Below the pieces are notes generated by a model that worked only from the letters and a program-made list of their open reading frames with translations, made no database searches and had not been told where the DNA came from. From NCBI GenBank assembly GCA_000708835.1, contig DF237556.1:1-52022 (forward strand): 52,022 nucleotides of DNA, in the 5' to 3' direction. The stretch's first letter is position 1; each line of letters opens with the position of its first letter. Of the stretch, positions 46,374 to 52,022 are shown piece after piece. This DNA comes from Klebsormidium nitens (lineage: Eukaryota > Plantae > Klebsormidiophyceae). The translations under genes were made by a program, and so were the position numbers.

Positions 46374-49300
46374 TCATCTGGATATACGCACCGTCCAAGT
46401 GCTCTGAGTCCGCGCATTGAGGTCCGCCAAAGCTGTTTCGAGATCGCCCCCCGGAATGTCCGCAAACATTTCGCTCTTCTGAGCTTTCCCCAAAGCTTTC
46501 CGCTGTTCCGGCCGGCTGCCCTTGGACTCAATTCCGGCTTCTGTCTTCTTGGCTTCCGGAATCACAGCCATTTCGGGCGCAGAGCCCTTGGGCCCGGCAC
46601 CCTCATCAAGCTTCTTACCCGTTTCGACTTTCTTTCGCCTGGGACCCGCCTCGTCGAGTCCCTTCTTTCCGCCGGAAACCTTGGTTTCCGGTTCCGTCTT
46701 TTTCCGTTCCGCTCCCCCAGAGGTTTCGCCGGGGACTTAGACGGAGTCCTCGGGCTCTTCAGTTGGGCCTCTTCTAAGGTAGCGGATCCCGGGGGAGACG
46801 TTTTCAACCCCAACCGTCCCCGTTCCGCTTCTGGATCCGACTTCCTCAGCTTTCCCTTTTTCGTTCCGGTCCCCTTGGGTTCCGGTTCCGGCTTTTTCCT
46901 CCCCTCCTTTGGAATATCCGCTCCGGCGGTCACAACCGTGGCTGTAACCTTTTCGCGAACACTTCCCTTCTGCTCGTAGTCTTCACCCGCAAACCTGCGA
47001 GTTTCCCCAATGAGTTGGATTTCCTCCTCGGAGGAGATCCCGGCCAGATCTTTTTTCTTTTTCTCTTTTTCTTGTTGCTTCCGACTCTGCCGCTTATCCG
47101 ACTCCCCTAAAGCGGCCAAGAGTCGTTGAGCAGCCCTGTCGTTATCCTTCCGGTCTCCTTCCGAAAGATTTGACCACGCCGGAACCCCCCACTCTTCATT
47201 CGTGAGCAAATCACGAACGCGATCCTTCGTCCACCGCGGCTCCTTTCTGCGATCAAAAACGATCTGCTCGATGACCGCCGCGGGAATCGTAAGATCGACC
47301 TCCTTGAAGGCAGAATCGAGGTCCTCGTCGCGGGAGCTGCACTGGAAGGCTGACAGCGGCACAGTCCGTGGACCGTAAAGCTGCTGGGGATCGTTCAACA
47401 TTCCCCACTGGAACAGAACCCCCCGATTAGCGCTCCTTTCCCACTCCTGAAGCGACGCGTCCAGAGCTAACTGTTCCAACTCCACAAGACCCAGATCCGA
47501 CACCGTGGTGCCGTCCACGTACTGCAAAAAGAACTCGTCCGGCATGAAAAGTGCAAACCGTTCGCCTACCGGTTCCCCCCACAGAATGTTCCGTAAAAAT
47601 CCGTGGACTTTCAACTGCAGCTGGGGAAACTCGATTCCGGCGGACTCCCACTTCCCTTCCGTGCCCTCGAGAAGTTGGATCTTGCACCAGACGCCGTCCT
47701 TCCGCATCTCTTCTACAAACTTTCCGCCCCGGTCGCTCCTAGACCCAAAACGCTTGACCTTGTCCGCGCGCGCGCGGCGAAGCCACTCGTCTTCCGCCGA
47801 AGTTTTTGCCACTTCCCATGCACGCAGCATGTTGCTTTCATTTTCTTCTGCCGGCTCCTCGGTCGTGACCGTAGCAGTCGGCCCCTGCCCCGCTCCTTCC
47901 ATCTCTTCGCCGGGCTCCTCCCGCGACTTTTCCCCTCGGCTTTGACGACGTCGCGCGCGCGCGCTCTCCGCCTCACCGCCTTGGGCGCCCGCGGTGACTC
48001 CGGTCTTCTGCTTCTTCGGCGTCGGCGCGCGCGCACCACCACCGCGGCCGCCGCCGCTCGACTCGCGCCGCCGTACCACATCCACGAACGACGGCGCCTG
48101 CGAGTCGGTTCTGCCCGCCGACTGGGCACCTTCTACAGTCTGCTCACCCTCGCTCTTGAGTCCTTTCCGTGGAAAAGGACACGCAGCGCTCGCCAACTCC
48201 CGATCCGCCAACACCAAAACCGACTCCCAAGTCTTATGGGCCTTGGCGAGGACTTGTATCTCCCGGGCTTTAACGTTTCGCAGTTCGCTCCGCAGGAACG
48301 GGGGAAAGGTTAAGGGTTTTTCCAACCACAGCGCAGTATCGCGTGCGATAGCTGCCAGTTCCTGTTCCACTCTTCCCCCGGTAAGAACTGCCGAAACTCC
48401 GTACTGCCATTGTCCAAAGGACTGCGCCAGCCTTGGCCGTTTAGCAATCTTGCTGGACCATTGCCCCACGAAAAAGTCAATGTCCTTCCCCGCGGGGTCG
48501 GACCGCTCGTGCCGGGCCCACTCCGCTATCCCCATCAAATACGCTTTCTCCTCGACCGCATGGGGTCCGCTAAGGAGGTTGAACGCCTCACTCAGGACAA
48601 TCCGCCGGAGAATCCCGATGAGGAACTGGATCAGCGGCTGGCCACGCAAGTAACACTTAACCCGGACGTGCTTCAAACAGTGACCGATGACGAAAATCCA
48701 GTTGGCCAACAACTGGGTACAGACCTTCCCCGCAATCGCGTTGTGGCTTGCCACTAACGCTTGGGCCCCATCGATCTCCGTCAACTGTTTGGGCTCCGTT
48801 CGCGGGTTCGCCGAGATGACTTCGAGAAGAGGCGCTTGCAATTCCTCAAAACGAAGATCCGGTTGATGCGGGGCGTGCAAGACGTCCAGGGGCCGGTGTA
48901 AATCGGCCTCGTCCAGCTTCCCCATGGCCGCGTCCTGCTCTTCAGCCGTGGCTTCAGAGCGCTCTTTCCGCAACGATTTTGGCCGAACTAAAGGGATCTC
49001 TTCGGATTCCGTGGATTCCGAAGTTTCAGGAGGTCCCCGCTTCCGATGGGACCGCTCCTCCGCTCGCTGCTGCCGCTTCTTCCTCTCCAGCCCTTCCTCG
49101 CTCATACCCCGCCGGTATGGACGTTTCGAACCTGCGAAGTTGAGGGCAGGACTCATTGAGTTGAACTGCGGCGGAAAGGGACGAAACCATGGAGCTTGCG
49201 GACCTTCGTAATAGCCTGCTCCAAACGGAGGCTGGCAAAAGGGGGGGCCACGAAATTCCTCTCGAGGAAACGGGCAATAAGGAGGTTGGGCATAGGGCGG

Positions 49301-49477
49301 ACGCCATCCACGGCGCGGACCTCCTCCAGGTACTCGCGGACGAACTGGATACGGGGAAAATACCGGCAAAGCTCGTGAGCGTTGCGGAACCATTTTTGCC
49401 CGAGATGGTCTTGCAAAACCGCCTTCTTGTTTTTGAGACCGGGGAGCCACCCAAGGAACGCGTAAGGGCCTTCGCAT
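46374..49477 (-). CDS. Large unrecognised ORF of the integrase element (971-aa frame plus a frameshifted C-terminal extension to 46374)
   Basis: 971-codon open frame 49477-46562 with a Pro-rich N-terminus, basic NLS-like tracts and two ordered regions. From about 46850 a different frame reads more naturally (ERKKTEPETKVSGGKKG, echoing RKKPEPEPKGTGTKKG) and ends at 46374 with one internal TAA, indicating decay. Confidence 0.6.
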
Positions 49478-50744
49478 CGGAGTCGATGACCCCTAATCGT
49501 CCCGGGCCGCTTCATTAACACCCAATCCCCTTTTTTCAAAAGCGCGACCTTGTTTTTCGCCGTGGCGTTCCATCGGGCGAAGTTCTTTCTCTGCACAATA
49601 GACGCGCCCAAAATCATTGCCTTGGCCGATGATTGAGCTTGGTGAATGTTACTAATCCTCTGCTGGCGCTCCGCTTCGGTCTCTGGGCGATTGAGGTTCG
49701 GCCGCACCAACCCGTGGCGAGTAGGAAGACTGTTGATTTCGATCGGTAAAAGGGGGGAACGACCGTAAAGGCATTGAAAAGGAGACATTTGAATAGTGTC
49801 CTGAAAGGTGGTCCTAATATCGAACGCGACTCCGGAGAGATGCTGGTGCCAGCTGTCAGGGTGCTCGTGAGCACACTTCCGCAGACAAGCTTTGATCACC
49901 TGCATGTAACGTTCAACCTGACCATTAGCCTGCGGACTGTTAGCCGCGATCGGGACATGATTCAGATGCCACTCCTTCAACTTCTGTTGAAAAACGGTCG
50001 AAAACTCCCCACCGTTATCCGTTACCACTTCAAAGACTCCGGCGTGCCGGTGGAGAACTTCTCGTAAGAAATTCCGAGTCATTTCAGGGGCCTGGTCAGT
50101 CTTCAAAGGCCACATCTCAATCCACTTAGTTACCGAATCAATAGCAACTCCGACGTATCGGTATTGCTCCGACCCAGACGGCTGAAAGCGCCCAGCAGTA
50201 TCTACATGAACTCGATAAAAAGGAGCAGTCGGAGGGGTTGGATGGATCTCCCGGTCGCTCCGCGGAGCTTTCCTAGCCTTCTCAAACTGGCACAAGTGGC
50301 AGCGTTTAACCATCTCAGAGACAAAAACAGTCATCTGCGGAAACCAATAACGCTTTGCACTTTAACCCGCGTCTTCTCACACGAGCCCGGATAATGCCCC
50401 TCGCCCTTGTGGATATCTTCCACGGCCTGAAACCTTTCTTCTGCCCACAAAACTCGCCGGAAGTCCGGCTGTTTAACCAGAACTTCGGCTCCCCCATCAA
50501 TCACCACTTCAAGCTTATTCACTTTAACCCTAGAACGAAATTTTGCATTCGCCCTAGCTTTTGCTCGCCCCACTTTCGAGTTGGGTGGCAAGGTCCCGTC
50601 CCGCAAAAACAAAAATGCGTCCCGCAGGAATACTTCTTTCTTTTGCAGAAACGAAAAAGCCAACGGATCCTGAGCGTGCCCAGGATGTGCCGATAAATTA
50701 GCCACAAGCACTTCTGTGCCAGTCAACCGCGTTTGCGGTTCCAT
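49153..50744 (-). mobile_element. Ty3/gypsy-type (rve) integrase, frameshifted at about 50353
   Basis: FLRDGTLP, then HKGEGH...KT (50744-50331 frame); one base short, then RYWFPQM...CHLC (HHCC); HVDTAG, VTDNGGEF, QANGQVER (D,D-34-E); GDWVLMK...EGPY (GPY/F module). Confidence 0.9.
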
Positions 50745-50841
50745 TCACCCAAAGCTGAAAGAGATCAGTGAGCCTCCCCTGAGCTGGCTAGCGGTTCATC
50801 GGACTCGGGTTTTTCTCGTTGCTCTCCCGCACTTCCGTTCT

Positions 50842-51222
50842 TTACATCTTCAGAGTCGGTGAGATCTCTGCCACGTCCGGCCTTCCAATCTCTCCACTCA
50901 GAAAGAAGAAGAACTTCTCCTGCGGATGGCAACAAGCCAACTCACCCGAGTCTGCGACGAAAACGTCGCCTGCCGCTCCGCCGTCCGCCCTTCCGGAGGT
51001 CGCTTCCGCTTCCGGTGCCGCTAACGCAAGGACCGGAATTTCAACCACTCGCCGCAGCAAGTCGTCGTTGATGACGTCACCGTCGTCCGCAAATGCCTGC
51101 AGCAATTCCGGTGCGTTGTTCAACGGTCCAGGAGAGGGCTGCCGTTTCGCAAACTCTATCGGTGGGACGTCGAAGTCGACTTCCTCCTCCGAAAGGTAGT
51201 GCAAACCCAAGTCGTAACTCAT
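50842..51222 (-). CDS. Acidic hypothetical ORF/exon upstream of the integrase
   Basis: MSYDLGLHYLSEEEVDFDVPP... preceded by an acceptor-like TTTTCCGCTTGCAG; no recognised domain. Confidence 0.3.
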   Translation of the reverse strand: MSYDLGLHYLSEEEVDFDVPPIEFAKRQPSPGPLNNAPELLQAFADDGDVINDDLLRRVVEIPVLALAAPEAEATSGRADGGAAGDVFVADSGELACCHPQEKFFFFLSGEIGRPDVAEISPTLKM

Positions 51223-52022
51223 CAGTCTGCAAGCGGAAAAAACGGAAAGTCTAAACGCGATGCACCTTGGTGACATCAGCGCTCCGGTGGGAACGAGGCC
51301 TAGGTAAACTGCTCAACTGCTCAATCTCTCCCAGCGCAATTCTGCAACTCTGCAGGTCGAAGTCGTTCCGTCTTCACCATTCTGCGAAATTCAGCGACTT
51401 TTCTTCTGTCGTTTCGCTTCAAAATCCGACGGAATTCTGCGACCTCTAGACCCGAGAGCTGTCCGCTGGCCAACGGAATTCCGCAACTTTCGCTCAGTTG
51501 TTCCGTGCCTGAAAACTCATCCCGAAATTCATCCGAGACTCTAAGCTGCCAGAATATTAACTCCACCACGAGCCCTTCTGCGCCCCAAAGATAGTTCCTT
51601 CCATTCTCAAGCCTTACTATGTCCAGCAACTCCGGCCGCCCTTCTAAGAAGTCGGGATTTCGGAAACAGACAAAGGAGGAGGAGATACGTCCTTGGACGC
51701 AATCTCTTATTGCCATGAACGCAGAAGGCGACGAAGGGTAAGTTCTCACCGGTCCGTGGACAAGATGATTGCCCCCCACTCCTTTCTTCGCCCTCCCGCG
51801 GTCGGGACCGATGCAGCTTCCTTCGCGAAGGACGCCGCCCGTGGCTCCGTCCGTAATCCGCTGCTTCCGAAGTCCGCCTTCATAGCCGCGAGCGGAACAC
51901 CGCCGTGGCAGTTTCTCCGTCGACCTCAGGGATCGTCTGCTACGGGGAATGGTGACAACCGCCACCGGACTCCTTCCTCACGGGCGGTCCACCGCGCAAA
52001 CATTGATTTCGCCGCTTCGAAG

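Noticed and set aside
47427-49518. Plus-strand and alternate-frame ORFs (146, 236, 219, 109 aa etc.)
   Set aside because: Shadows of the 971-aa ORF and the integrase.
50340-50365. Programmed -1 frameshift in the integrase
   Set aside because: No X XXY YYZ slippery heptamer, and it splits the HHCC domain; a 1-bp deletion or sequencing error is more likely.
50920-50945. 26-nt GTGAG...GCAG mini-intron that would extend the acidic ORF
   Set aside because: Far shorter than any intron in the reconstructed genes; needs RNA evidence.
51190-51235. RLMSYDLGLHY as the RNase H C-terminus
   Set aside because: Lacks the following PG-x2-N-x2-AD-x-LSR and the preceding TDH/RW motifs, and it follows an acceptor-like site.

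Overview
Intron-rich eukaryotic genomic DNA. The gene structures (a 22-exon PTS2-bearing LACS6/7 orthologue, TTTAGGG-like motifs) suggest a green plant or streptophyte alga such as Klebsormidium; this assignment is inference. By hand-splicing I reconstruct three complete genes: a secreted Cys-rich / Pro-Thr-Ala-repeat (AGP/mucin-like) protein (+, 13724-18573, spanning a 20-N gap), a peroxisomal long-chain acyl-CoA synthetase (-, 33659-20957, 22 exons, 700 aa) and an Erlin-type SPFH protein (+, 34798-45850, 8 exons, 347 aa). There is also a partial Cys-rich paralogue (-, 2595-1519), an orphan broken exon 1 (6314) and a decayed LACS exon copy (about 11.9-12.1 kb). The left 13 kb holds several non-autonomous DNA transposons with clear target-site duplications. 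The right end holds a decaying element: a Ty3/gypsy-type integrase (HHCC, DD34E, GPY/F) followed by an unrecognised ORF of about 1000 aa, with no RT visible in the window. Two features stand out. (1) Three ~190-bp elements with 9-10-bp TSDs share a G-rich, telomere-like core, but each has different inverted-repeat arms. (2) Both housekeeping genes carry many 'splice-junction echoes': tandem, progressively decayed copies of exon/intron boundaries lying upstream of acceptors and downstream of donors. No rRNA, tRNA or CRISPR features were seen.
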